Shown piece after piece: positions 46,281-54,495 of a DNA stretch of 64,000 nucleotides. The notes beneath the pieces are model-generated. The model had not been told where the DNA came from. It worked only from the letters and a program-made list of their open reading frames with translations, and searched no databases. Source of the stretch: an uncultured Bacteroidales bacterium (GTDB lineage: Bacteria > Bacteroidota > Bacteroidia > Bacteroidales > JAKIYJ01); the NCBI GenBank assembly GCA_964504265.1, contig CAZDEU010000001.1:4412-68411 (forward strand), read 5' to 3'. Position 1 is the stretch's first letter; each line of letters starts with the position of its first letter. A program made the position numbers and the translations under genes.

Positions 46281-46439
46281 TTTCAGTTGAGTATTCAATA
46301 ACATTTTTAATATTTTTTATATTATCATAATCTAAATTGTGTAAACTAATTAAAACATTTAGTCCATCATATCCTATTTTTATATATCTATTATGTATTT
46401 TTTATTATTGTAATTTTGGATTATTACATCGATATTCAT
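46261..46439 (-). pseudogene. small ORF needing a -1 shift at an A6 run
   Basis: ATG 46439 (SD AAAGGAAAG) gives MNIDVIIQNYNNKKYIIDI with a stop at 46380-46382. The -1 frame, open from the A-run (46398-46403), reads KIHNRYIKIGYDGLNVLISLHNLDYDNIKNIKNVIEYSTESLNYFI, stop 46261-46263. Confidence 0.3.
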
Positions 46440-46462
46440 TTTACATCTTTCCTTTCATTATT

Positions 46463-46879
46463 TTATTTGCTCAATATCTTGATTGCTTTGGCAACAAATT
46501 CCTTTTGTTCTGATCTATGACAAGTGTAATCACCTTCCCAATCGTGTGTCTGCATAAATTTAAGCATTTCTTTTGTTGATAACCATTTAATTTCATTATA
46601 TAATTCTTTTTGTAATTCAATACATTCTTCCCAAGAATTACAACCTTGTAGCGCATCACAACCAGAACAAGAACCCCAGCCAAAAAGTAAATAACCTATA
46701 TTATTTTTCTTATCTTTAAATAATACTCGAGTATCACCTTGACACTCATCGTCATCTATTTGTAATAATATATCAAAACCAAAAGATTCTAACATATCTG
46801 TATAAGATACACAAAGATCAGAATAATCTTCAGAGAATGATTTTGTGTTAGATTTACAATAATTTTTGATGTTTTTCAT
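46463..46879 (-). CDS. hypothetical protein (Cys-rich core GWGSCSGCDALQGC)
   Basis: 138-aa ORF with SD AAAGGAAAG. Confidence 0.5.
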   Translation of the reverse strand: MKNIKNYCKSNTKSFSEDYSDLCVSYTDMLESFGFDILLQIDDDECQGDTRVLFKDKKNNIGYLLFGWGSCSGCDALQGCNSWEECIELQKELYNEIKWLSTKEMLKFMQTHDWEGDYTCHRSEQKEFVAKAIKILSK

Positions 46880-46897
46880 TTTACATCTTTCCTTTCA

Positions 46898-47143
46898 TTA
46901 TTTTAAAAATTCTCTTTCTTCTTCGCTGCCTGGTCTAAAGAAATTATATGAAGGTTTTGCTGTTTGTTTTAGTTTATCAAAATTTTCTTTATTAATCTCG
47001 TCCTCAGATATTTCAAAGCCATTGCCATCTATTTCAGTTATATAATATTTATTGATTTTCTTGCCCATATAATTCTGATATTGAAATCTGTATATAAATT
47101 TACCTGACTCAACATAATTAATGTTATCTATACCTCTTTCCAT
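46898..47143 (-). CDS. hypothetical protein
   Basis: 81 aa with SD AAGGAGGAG. Preceded by pseudoknot-like leader copy 4. Confidence 0.45.
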   Translation of the reverse strand: MERGIDNINYVESGKFIYRFQYQNYMGKKINKYYITEIDGNGFEISEDEINKENFDKLKQTAKPSYNFFRPGSEEEREFLK

Positions 47144-47162
47144 TTTAACTCCTCCTTAAAAT

Positions 47163-47193
47163 CAGGTTTTTGATTGGAACCTGTTAAACCAAT
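47163..47193 (-). promoter_or_regulatory. pseudoknot-like leader element, copy 4
   Basis: CAGGTT 47163-68 pairs with AACCTG 47178-83. ATTGG 47173-77 pairs with CCAAT 47189-93. Confidence 0.6.
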
Positions 47194-47199
47194 TTGGAA

Positions 47200-47478
47200 T
47201 TACATTAAATACATTCGCCTTGTTGTATTGAGGTTCTTTAAAGCGTAGTTAATAATAACTTGTTCCATTGAAACTGCGGTTTCCAGGTAGCAAGCCCAGA
47301 AGTCCAACATTTTTTCTTCTGAGTTGTTTAACATTGTGTCCTTAACCTCCTCGATTTCGTTTAATAAATCTTCAGGGGCAATGTGTGCGTTGGTTGCAAG
47401 ACTTTTGATATTGGTTTTACAGAAATTGACTGCTGTGTGTATTGATTGTTTGTAGTATTCGTAATTGAAATTGCTCAT
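47200..47478 (-). CDS. hypothetical acidic protein, first gene of promoter cassette C
   Basis: 92 aa. Leader AAAAGGAGAAATTAAAATG. Confidence 0.45.
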   Translation of the reverse strand: MSNFNYEYYKQSIHTAVNFCKTNIKSLATNAHIAPEDLLNEIEEVKDTMLNNSEEKMLDFWACYLETAVSMEQVIINYALKNLNTTRRMYLM

Positions 47479-47535
47479 TTTAATTTCTCCTTTTCTTTTT
47501 TGTTTTTATTTTATTTCCTAACTTTTTATATTTTT

Positions 47536-47564
47536 ATTATAACATATTATAATAAAAATGTAAA
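47536..47564 (-). promoter_or_regulatory. sigma-70-type promoter, cassette C (identical core)
   Basis: -35 at 47559-47564, -10 at 47536-47541, 17-nt spacer. Confidence 0.7.
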
Positions 47565-47601
47565 TAGTTTTTATAAAATAATTTAAAATAAAAATAAAAA
47601 A

Positions 47602-47628
47602 GCATTGATAACCTTTTATTATCAATGC
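47602..47628. terminator. bidirectional intrinsic terminator, cassette C
   Basis: GCATTGATAA / TTATCAATGC flanked by A- and T-runs. Confidence 0.75.
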
Positions 47629-47660
47629 TTTTGATACTAAAAATATTTTTAAAATAATTA

Positions 47661-48191
47661 TTATTTCCCGTCATCTATTGTATTATTTTCATTTGCTTCT
47701 TTCATTTGTTTATATTGTAATGCAAACATTTTTAACCTTTCTTTAACTTCGTCTGGTATTGCTATTTCTCCTTTAACATTATTTTGGGTTAAATTGTTTG
47801 TAAAATTGAAATTAATTACATCGTTTTTATTTGTTAAACCGTCTAATATTGAAGCGAATGATTCCATTAATTTTATCGTCTTATCCATTAAATCATTACT
47901 ATTAATATTAAATGTATTTAATCGGCTGTCATTCATTAATTCATCTAAACATCTATTTAATAACTTATATACTTTTTCAAGTAAACTCATCTTCTGCTTT
48001 AATGCTACTAATAATAAAGTATTTAGTTTTACATTTTCTTGATTTAACATTGTGTTAATTGTATTTTTTGCTCGTTGGAATATATCCGCTATTTCCATAC
48101 TGTCATTATCCATTGAGGCTATATCATTTACTAATCTTTGAGCATCTTTCTTTGCTTCTTTTGGTGTTTTAAATTTAGTTATTACTGGCAT
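47661..48191 (-). CDS. hypothetical protein
   Basis: 176-aa helical ORF with SD GAAAGGA. Confidence 0.45.
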   Translation of the reverse strand: MPVITKFKTPKEAKKDAQRLVNDIASMDNDSMEIADIFQRAKNTINTMLNQENVKLNTLLLVALKQKMSLLEKVYKLLNRCLDELMNDSRLNTFNINSNDLMDKTIKLMESFASILDGLTNKNDVINFNFTNNLTQNNVKGEIAIPDEVKERLKMFALQYKQMKEANENNTIDDGK

Positions 48192-48210
48192 TTATATTTA
48201 TCCTTTCTAT

Positions 48211-48254
48211 TTTTAATTTATTTTATAATTATTTTTATATAAAATAATTTAATC
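48211..48254. repeat. A/T palindrome P18 (type B)
   Basis: Overlaps the stop codon of the Mor-like gene. Confidence 0.85.
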
Positions 48255-48596
48255 TATTTTTGCTTTTTGCTCTTCTAATCTTTTGTAATAATCTCTTATA
48301 TTATTATAAATCTTATATATAATAGTTTCAGAACAATGAAATACTTTTGATGCTTCATTATAAATATCTTTTAAACTTTTTGCTCCTCTTTTCGTTCTCT
48401 GGATTTCAACATAATTATAAATCCTATAATCACGATTACAATTTTTTATATCTGCTATACTCGGAATTGCGATTGTCGTGCCTCCGAATATTAGTATAAA
48501 TTGTTTTAATTGTTCTGGACTTAATATCTCTATCAAATCTACAAAACTTGAATCCGCTAAATACATATAAAGTATGTCTGATGTTTCTAATTGCAT
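48249..48596 (-). CDS. Mor-like transcriptional activator
   Basis: FGGTTIAIPSIADIKNCNRDYRIYNYV...IYNEASKVFHCSETIIYKIYNNI resembles the Mor family (GG..iyIP...R...I...y.lS...iy.I). Confidence 0.5.
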   Translation of the reverse strand: MQLETSDILYMYLADSSFVDLIEILSPEQLKQFILIFGGTTIAIPSIADIKNCNRDYRIYNYVEIQRTKRGAKSLKDIYNEASKVFHCSETIIYKIYNNIRDYYKRLEEQKAKID

Positions 48597-48599
48597 ATA

Positions 48600-49355
48600 T
48601 TACTCTCCTGATTTTAATAAGTAATCATATAAACCTTCACTATAAAAAAACATTTTTATCTTGATTAGGAAAAAATTGCAAGCTGTATCAAACCATTTCG
48701 GAAAATTGCAATTTTTAGTGCTTATTGGTGGTAATTTAACTCTCGAATGCCATCTTTTATATTCTGCATATAAATAAGTCCTTTTTGATTCTTCACATAG
48801 ATACATATTATTTGCTAAAACATCAATTATATGTGGTAAAGTATAAACTGTAAACTTTGAATATGTTAAAAACTTTTGCTTTAAAAATGCTATTACATTT
48901 AATATTTTAGGTTTATTCCAGTATCTATAAATAGGTAAATTATGTTTTATATAGTTAAATAATTTATCCATATGATATTTACACATAACTGTTTTTTCGC
49001 AAGGTTTATATTGGTCATATTGTCTTGTGGAATTTGAATAATCTGAGGAATCAGACCTTACAAGTGATTGTTCGAATTTAACTTTATTAATGTTTTTAGG
49101 GAATTTTGTATCAAGTATCTGAATTATTGACCTTGTAATTAAATATCTTTGGTCGATTAGTTTATAGTTATATGGATAATAAAAGACTATACAGGTTCTT
49201 ATATAAACATCGTGGCATAAATCTAAATAATCCATATGAACTGGCATATATCGCCAATAATGCTTTGTTAAACCACATATTAAAGTAAAATATTTTTCAT
49301 AAATATAAGCGTTACATCTTATCTTATCCTCTTGACTTATCATTTCTGCTGCCAT
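48600..49355 (-). CDS. hypothetical protein
   Basis: 251-aa aromatic-rich ORF, coupled to the Mor-like gene. Confidence 0.5.
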   Translation of the reverse strand: MAAEMISQEDKIRCNAYIYEKYFTLICGLTKHYWRYMPVHMDYLDLCHDVYIRTCIVFYYPYNYKLIDQRYLITRSIIQILDTKFPKNINKVKFEQSLVRSDSSDYSNSTRQYDQYKPCEKTVMCKYHMDKLFNYIKHNLPIYRYWNKPKILNVIAFLKQKFLTYSKFTVYTLPHIIDVLANNMYLCEESKRTYLYAEYKRWHSRVKLPPISTKNCNFPKWFDTACNFFLIKIKMFFYSEGLYDYLLKSGE

Positions 49356-49356
49356 A

Positions 49357-49653
49357 TTATACCAACCCCCGTTTAATAGGTTTGTCAGTTATTTTATTTT
49401 TAGCATTTAATTGTATTTGTTGAATTTTATTTGGTAACTCTATGTTATTGAAATCAAATTCAATATGGTTTTCTGAATTTCTAAAGTTTAAAAAATTACC
49501 TGAAATATCGATTATAATATTTTCAGGTATAAATAATTTATCATTTTTCTTTGGTATTATTATCTTGTTATCGATAAGAAATTTAATAAACTTTTGTCCA
49601 TTTAATTTTGTTTGACCTGATATAAAAGTGTCATTACCTATTTTTAAAATCAT
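49357..49653 (-). CDS. hypothetical protein
   Basis: Start moved to ATG 49653 (MILKIGNDTF), which overlaps the upstream stop by 4 nt. Confidence 0.4.
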   Translation of the reverse strand: MILKIGNDTFISGQTKLNGQKFIKFLIDNKIIIPKKNDKLFIPENIIIDISGNFLNFRNSENHIEFDFNNIELPNKIQQIQLNAKNKITDKPIKRGLV

Positions 49654-50366
49654 ATTTCCACTTTCCTTATTAAATATAAACCGCCTAATAAAGCATCGCA
49701 ATAATCATTATCGGTGTAACAAAAATCTAATTTCAATTCTTTATTGATAAAATTTACTACTACTATCTTTTTTGCATAGTCAAATTCATTTAATTTGCTG
49801 CCTGTAACTTTTGTTTTTCCGTTTTTAAATTTCCTTATTAATTTCTTTTTATCTTTCCTGATGTCGTATAAAACATTATCTTTTATATAATAGTTGTTGC
49901 ATACTGTAAAATCCGTATCTTTAAATTTATTCCTATAATTATTTGGTGAGTTTAAATATTCTGAATATGATTTTTTATTCTTTTGCTTTTTAGTTTTTTT
50001 GATATATTCTTGTTCTGTCATTATTCGGTTACCGATATTTAAATCAAATTGTTTTCTTATCTCTGATGCGTTTATTAACATTGGAATGCATTTATTATAA
50101 TTATAGCATACCTTTTCAAATATACCTTGTAATTTTGATAAAATTTTGTATCCTGTTACTGATTGACTGAATATATCTTCAGCACCTATTATGTCCGCCT
50201 TACTGCGATATATAATATCTGCTGTCCATATTTCAAACTCTTTTAACATTTGTCCATCACATTCAAAATCTTTAAATGATTTTCCATTGAAATCTATTAA
50301 TCTTTCATTTTCAAATAATGCAAATGCCGATAGTGAGGTTGATAAATCAAAAAATAAATATTTCAT
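49650..50366 (-). CDS. RuvC-like Holliday junction resolvase with insertion
   Basis: MKYLFFDLSTS (Asp), IGAEDIF (Glu) and DYCDALLGG (Asp) fit the RuvC-fold catalytic pattern. Confidence 0.5.
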   Translation of the reverse strand: MKYLFFDLSTSLSAFALFENERLIDFNGKSFKDFECDGQMLKEFEIWTADIIYRSKADIIGAEDIFSQSVTGYKILSKLQGIFEKVCYNYNKCIPMLINASEIRKQFDLNIGNRIMTEQEYIKKTKKQKNKKSYSEYLNSPNNYRNKFKDTDFTVCNNYYIKDNVLYDIRKDKKKLIRKFKNGKTKVTGSKLNEFDYAKKIVVVNFINKELKLDFCYTDNDYCDALLGGLYLIRKVEI

Positions 50367-50406
50367 TTTAAGTATTCCTTTATAAATTTTTATTTATATA
50401 ATAAAA

Positions 50407-50444
50407 TACCGCCTAAAAGTTTAATATATAGCTTTTAAGCGGTA
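50407..50444 (-). terminator. terminator after 50476..50871
   Basis: TACCGCCTAAAAG / CTTTTAAGCGGTA (one mismatch), followed by TTTTATTAT. Confidence 0.6.
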
Positions 50445-50475
50445 GTTGTTTTAGTTTATGATATTTTATATATTA

Positions 50476-50871
50476 TTAATCTATTACTTTGTATTTGAGC
50501 TTTATCTGTTCTGATTTTGACTTAAATTCTTGCCCTGAAATATAGCCTGAATTTAAAGCATTGATTAAACTTTCAATTTCAAATTTATAAGTTTCATCAA
50601 TTGCTTTATTTGTTAAGCATACGAGTAATAAATCTTTTAATAATTTTTCTGTTAATGTAAAATTGAATTGCATATTTAAATTATCAAAATTATTATCACC
50701 ATTGATATTTAAACTAAATGAATTTAATGAACTGCCATTTGCTTTTGAATGTAAACCTATTTCAAGTTTTGTTGTATGCTGTTTTCTAATTTCATTCATT
50801 AATACATTTACTTTGTTTTCGATTGAATTATCCTGTTTAATTTCCGGCTTTACATAAGTATTCTTTTTCAT
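50476..50871 (-). CDS. hypothetical protein
   Basis: 131-aa ORF followed by terminator 50407-50444. Confidence 0.45.
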   Translation of the reverse strand: MKKNTYVKPEIKQDNSIENKVNVLMNEIRKQHTTKLEIGLHSKANGSSLNSFSLNINGDNNFDNLNMQFNFTLTEKLLKDLLLVCLTNKAIDETYKFEIESLINALNSGYISGQEFKSKSEQIKLKYKVID

Positions 50872-50915
50872 TTTTAAATTCTCCTTTATAATTTTTTATT
50901 TATATAATAAAAACT

Positions 50916-51338
50916 TTATAAATTTAAAATTTGCACTGTTGCAACTTTTGGCAATTTACTTGCAATCTTTTTATCCCATATTGCAATATCAATCTTTTTA
51001 CCTTTTATTTTACTTCCTACATCGCAAGCATAAAATAATTTACCTGGAATTTCTTTTATTCTGAAATATGTTTTTAAAGGTATTATCTTTATATCAACTG
51101 CTGCTGTTACATATTTATAATTGCATTGTAATGTTTTAATCGGTTTACTAAATTTATCTTTTTTGCTGCCTTCAAGTTTTCTTTCTTTTGCTGTCGCTGT
51201 ATAAGGCCAATAATAACTCGCCTTAATATTTTTTATTTCCTTTTTAATTGGATTAAATCTTTTATATGGTATTCTAGTATCTGTTACTGTAAATGCTGGA
51301 AATAATAAAATACAACATAATGTTACTGTTTTAATCAA
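50916..51338 (-). CDS. secreted 3D-domain (MltA-like) cell-wall hydrolase candidate
   Basis: Signal-like MIKTVTLCCILLFPAFTV. VTAAVDIKIIPLKTYFRI...ACDVGSKIKGKKIDIAIWD matches the 3D-domain pattern. Confidence 0.55.
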   Translation of the reverse strand: MIKTVTLCCILLFPAFTVTDTRIPYKRFNPIKKEIKNIKASYYWPYTATAKERKLEGSKKDKFSKPIKTLQCNYKYVTAAVDIKIIPLKTYFRIKEIPGKLFYACDVGSKIKGKKIDIAIWDKKIASKLPKVATVQILNL

Positions 51339-51429
51339 ATAATCACTTCCTTTTTAATCTCTTTTTATATTATAACTTGGGAATATTAAAATTAAACTGA
51401 TTGCAAGTATAAATATCATCGTTAACCAC

Positions 51430-52071
51430 CTACCATTTAATATACTCATAATTATTTATTATATCACTTATAATGCTTGATAATATATTACTAAAACATT
51501 CTTTTGAGCTATTATTAGATATTACATAATCAAAATCATAATTAAATTGATTAATATCTCTTTCACTTCTGTTTTTTCTTAATTCTAAATGGTCTAAATA
51601 ACCATCTTTTAACCTTTGTTTCCATACTTTTTCGCTGCAAATTATATGTAAAGTATCTATTGAACCTATTTTATCATATTTATTTGTATTTTTAAAGTAA
51701 TTAATTTCATTGAAATATCTATTATCTGCTATTAATATTATTGGCGTTTTATTTAATGCTTCACATTCTTCAATGAAAATATTGAAATCATTTATCATCA
51801 TTTCACACCAAATATACGGGTTATTATCTCTTTCAATATCACCTACACTTATCATTTCTCTACGGTAATTTACTTTCAATATATCATCAAATAAATGTTC
51901 TAACGGAATGTTATATTTTTCTGCGGTTTTAATCTTTACATACTTTGCAAAATTAAACTTTTTTGCTTTATAATTACTATATTTATTTACGCTTTCAATT
52001 ATTAAATCTGCTGCGGTATCTTTTCCGCATCTGGCGTATCCTGATATTTGTAGCATTATTGCTTTTTCCAT
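51430..52071 (-). CDS. deoxynucleoside monophosphate kinase (T4 gp1-like)
   Basis: P-loop context ISGYARCGKDTAADLI resembles the T4 gp1 pattern SG..RSGKDT.AD.I. Confidence 0.6.
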   Translation of the reverse strand: MEKAIMLQISGYARCGKDTAADLIIESVNKYSNYKAKKFNFAKYVKIKTAEKYNIPLEHLFDDILKVNYRREMISVGDIERDNNPYIWCEMMINDFNIFIEECEALNKTPIILIADNRYFNEINYFKNTNKYDKIGSIDTLHIICSEKVWKQRLKDGYLDHLELRKNRSERDINQFNYDFDYVISNNSSKECFSNILSSIISDIINNYEYIKW

Positions 52072-52094
52072 TTTTACTTTCTCCTTTTTATATT

Positions 52095-52138
52095 TTTTAA
52101 ATTATTTTATATAAAAATAATTATAAAATAAATTAAAC
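52095..52138. repeat. A/T palindrome P19 (type A)
   Basis: Ends 1 nt before the polA stop codon. Confidence 0.9.
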
Positions 52139-52139
52139 T

Positions 52140-54161
52140 TTACTCTTCGATAAAAACTAATTTATCATCTTTTAATTCAACTGGATACATCGAACCCCAT
52201 TCAGTTCCCAATTTGAAATCAATACTCATTGTTATACCTTTTGTGTCGATAAAATCCTTTGGTATATTTTCAAATATATAAGTTGTTGTATCTATATATT
52301 CTTTAACTAATTTTTTTGGCATTTGTGCCAAAATTGAATCGTGAACTGTTCCGACTAATTGAATGTCTAAATTATTTTTATCTATCCAATTTTGTATCCT
52401 ATTTATATTAAAGTTTGCCATATTACCTAATGAACCCTGAATAGGTGCGTTTCCTGCTTGTCTTGATATTTTACCATAATAACCTTTTATGCCATTTTCA
52501 TAAAAAGTTATCATCTGCTCAAAGTGTCTGCGTTGACCGGCTAATGTTTCGCAATATCCATTAGCTAAAGTATCTTTTAAGTTTTTATCTAAATATGCTT
52601 TTACGCCTGAAAATACTTTAAAATATTCATTCATAAATTCTTGACATATATCAACGCTTAAATCAAATTCATCATTCTCGTCCATAACCTTTTTATATAA
52701 ATCAGGTATCTGCATTAAAGTTTCAAATAAGGCATTTGCAGACATTCCATATATTAAACCAAAATTTAAGGTCTTGGCTATTTGCCTTTGCCATTTTTGA
52801 ACATCTTTTATATCTATTTTAAATACCAATGCTGCGGTTTTTTTATGTAAATCTATACCTTGGTTGAATGCTTCTATCATTGCCTTGTCGCCAGATTTAA
52901 TTGCCATAATTTTTAATTCTCCGGTCTTAACATCAAGCTCTATAAATACTTTACCTTTATCGGCAATGAATAAATTTTTAACTATGCTATCTCTTGGTAT
53001 ATTTTGTAAATTTGGATTGCTGCTTGATAATCTTCCTGTTTTTGTTCCTGTAATATTATAACTGCAATGTATTTTACCGTCATCACTTATTGATTCATAT
53101 AAGCCTTTAAGATATGTTGAATATATTTTATATTCTTCTCTAAATTGTAATAATGGTTTTATATATTTATCAATTTTATTTTGATGTTCTGCTTTATCTT
53201 TTATATGTTTTGGTATTTTAGTTAAATCGTCTAAACTATCAAAATCCAATGTTAATTCTTTTATTGTCGGTATAAATTTTTTGCCTGTTTCTTTTGCAAA
53301 AGTTTGTTTTTCTTTACCACCTTTAGTTAAATGAGTTAACTCAAAACCTAATTTTATAAATGCTTCTTTTAGTTGCTCGGTTTCCGTTAATTTTAAATTT
53401 AATAATCTTTTATCGCCTGTTGCTTTTATTATGTCTAATTTATAATTTTCTTGTAATAAGTGTAATCTTTTACTATATTCTTTTTTATATTTTTCAATGT
53501 TTTCAATGTCAATATTCATACCATTATTTTCTAACATCGATAAAGAATATACAAGTTTTATTTTTTCTTTTGTATATACTTTATATAATTTACTATCATT
53601 TTCAATTATTGGATAAAGATGTTGAAATAATAAATCAGTTTTATATACATCTAACATATTATACTGTAATACAGTTGATAATTTTGTTATTTCAAGTTTT
53701 GTATTATCAACCATTGATTTATGCTTTGGTATTTTTAAATAATATTCTGCTTGATAATCTAAATTTAAAGGTATGTTTTCATCATTCAAATGTGTTAGTA
53801 TTATTGTGTCGTGGCTATTTTTAAATATTGATTTGTTGAAATTATAAACTACATACATAAAATTTAAATCAAATTTTACATTATGTCCTACTTTTGTTAT
53901 ATCTATATTTTCTAATATATCTTTTGTTAAATTTATTGTATCCTCTGGTGTATATTCAATTCCTACATCATCATTTTTATTGTAGGCTTTAAACCCATAT
54001 ATACATTCAGGCGTTGAAAATGCTATTGTTATTAGTTTAGCTTCTTTTGAAAATCTATCTAATGTATTCGTTTCAATGTCAAATGCTGTATATTTTTGAT
54101 TTATAATTTTATCATAAGCGTCTTTAAATTCTTGTTTTGTTTTTATAATTTTATATGCCAT
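52140..54161 (-). CDS. polA: family-A DNA polymerase with 3'-5' exonuclease domain
   Basis: Exo motifs FDIETNTL, HNVKFDLNF and YNMLDVYKT. Pol motifs ELDVKTGELKIMA, RQIAKTLNFGLIYGMS and VGTVHDSIL. Start moved to ATG 54161 (SD AAAGGA). Confidence 0.9.
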   Translation of the reverse strand: MAYKIIKTKQEFKDAYDKIINQKYTAFDIETNTLDRFSKEAKLITIAFSTPECIYGFKAYNKNDDVGIEYTPEDTINLTKDILENIDITKVGHNVKFDLNFMYVVYNFNKSIFKNSHDTIILTHLNDENIPLNLDYQAEYYLKIPKHKSMVDNTKLEITKLSTVLQYNMLDVYKTDLLFQHLYPIIENDSKLYKVYTKEKIKLVYSLSMLENNGMNIDIENIEKYKKEYSKRLHLLQENYKLDIIKATGDKRLLNLKLTETEQLKEAFIKLGFELTHLTKGGKEKQTFAKETGKKFIPTIKELTLDFDSLDDLTKIPKHIKDKAEHQNKIDKYIKPLLQFREEYKIYSTYLKGLYESISDDGKIHCSYNITGTKTGRLSSSNPNLQNIPRDSIVKNLFIADKGKVFIELDVKTGELKIMAIKSGDKAMIEAFNQGIDLHKKTAALVFKIDIKDVQKWQRQIAKTLNFGLIYGMSANALFETLMQIPDLYKKVMDENDEFDLSVDICQEFMNEYFKVFSGVKAYLDKNLKDTLANGYCETLAGQRRHFEQMITFYENGIKGYYGKISRQAGNAPIQGSLGNMANFNINRIQNWIDKNNLDIQLVGTVHDSILAQMPKKLVKEYIDTTTYIFENIPKDFIDTKGITMSIDFKLGTEWGSMYPVELKDDKLVFIEE

Positions 54162-54396
54162 TTCTACTATCCTTTCTAATATATTTACTACATATTTTAT
54201 GTTTATAAGTTCTGTGATATAATGAATTATTATTTTCACAATTATATTTACTTTCGCTACAAACAGATGCTTTTAATATTTTATCTATTTTTCGATATTT
54301 GCAGTTGAAGCAATTATAATTATTTTTAGTATTTTTATAACCTCTTAAAATTTCCCATATATACTTAATATATATTATTTTTTGTTCTTCAAACAT
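54151..54396 (-). CDS. small Cys-rich protein
   Basis: 81 aa with SD AAGAGGTG. Contains CFNCKY...CSESKYNC. Confidence 0.4.
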   Translation of the reverse strand: MFEEQKIIYIKYIWEILRGYKNTKNNYNCFNCKYRKIDKILKASVCSESKYNCENNNSLYHRTYKHKICSKYIRKDSRNGI

Positions 54397-54430
54397 ATAT
54401 CACCTCTTGAAATATCGAATATATAATAAA

Positions 54431-54465
54431 ATAGCAGTATAAGATTTGTTTTCTTATACTGCTAT
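54431..54465 (-). terminator. terminator after the ParB-like gene (TATAAGA/TCTTATA family)
   Basis: ATAGCAGTATAAGA / TCTTATACTGCTAT followed by TTTTATT. Confidence 0.6.
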
Positions 54466-54495
54466 TTTATTTGACTTCATATAGTTATTATTAAA

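Noticed and set aside
46471-46683. Minus-strand 70-aa ORF nested in 46463..46879.
   Set aside because: It is an out-of-frame overlap entirely within a longer ORF that has a proper SD, and there is no independent support for it.
54162-54239. N-terminal 26-codon extension of the DNA polymerase ORF.
   Set aside because: The extension overlaps the 81-aa upstream gene. ATG 54161 has a proper SD (AAAGGA), and the conserved exonuclease domain begins shortly after it.
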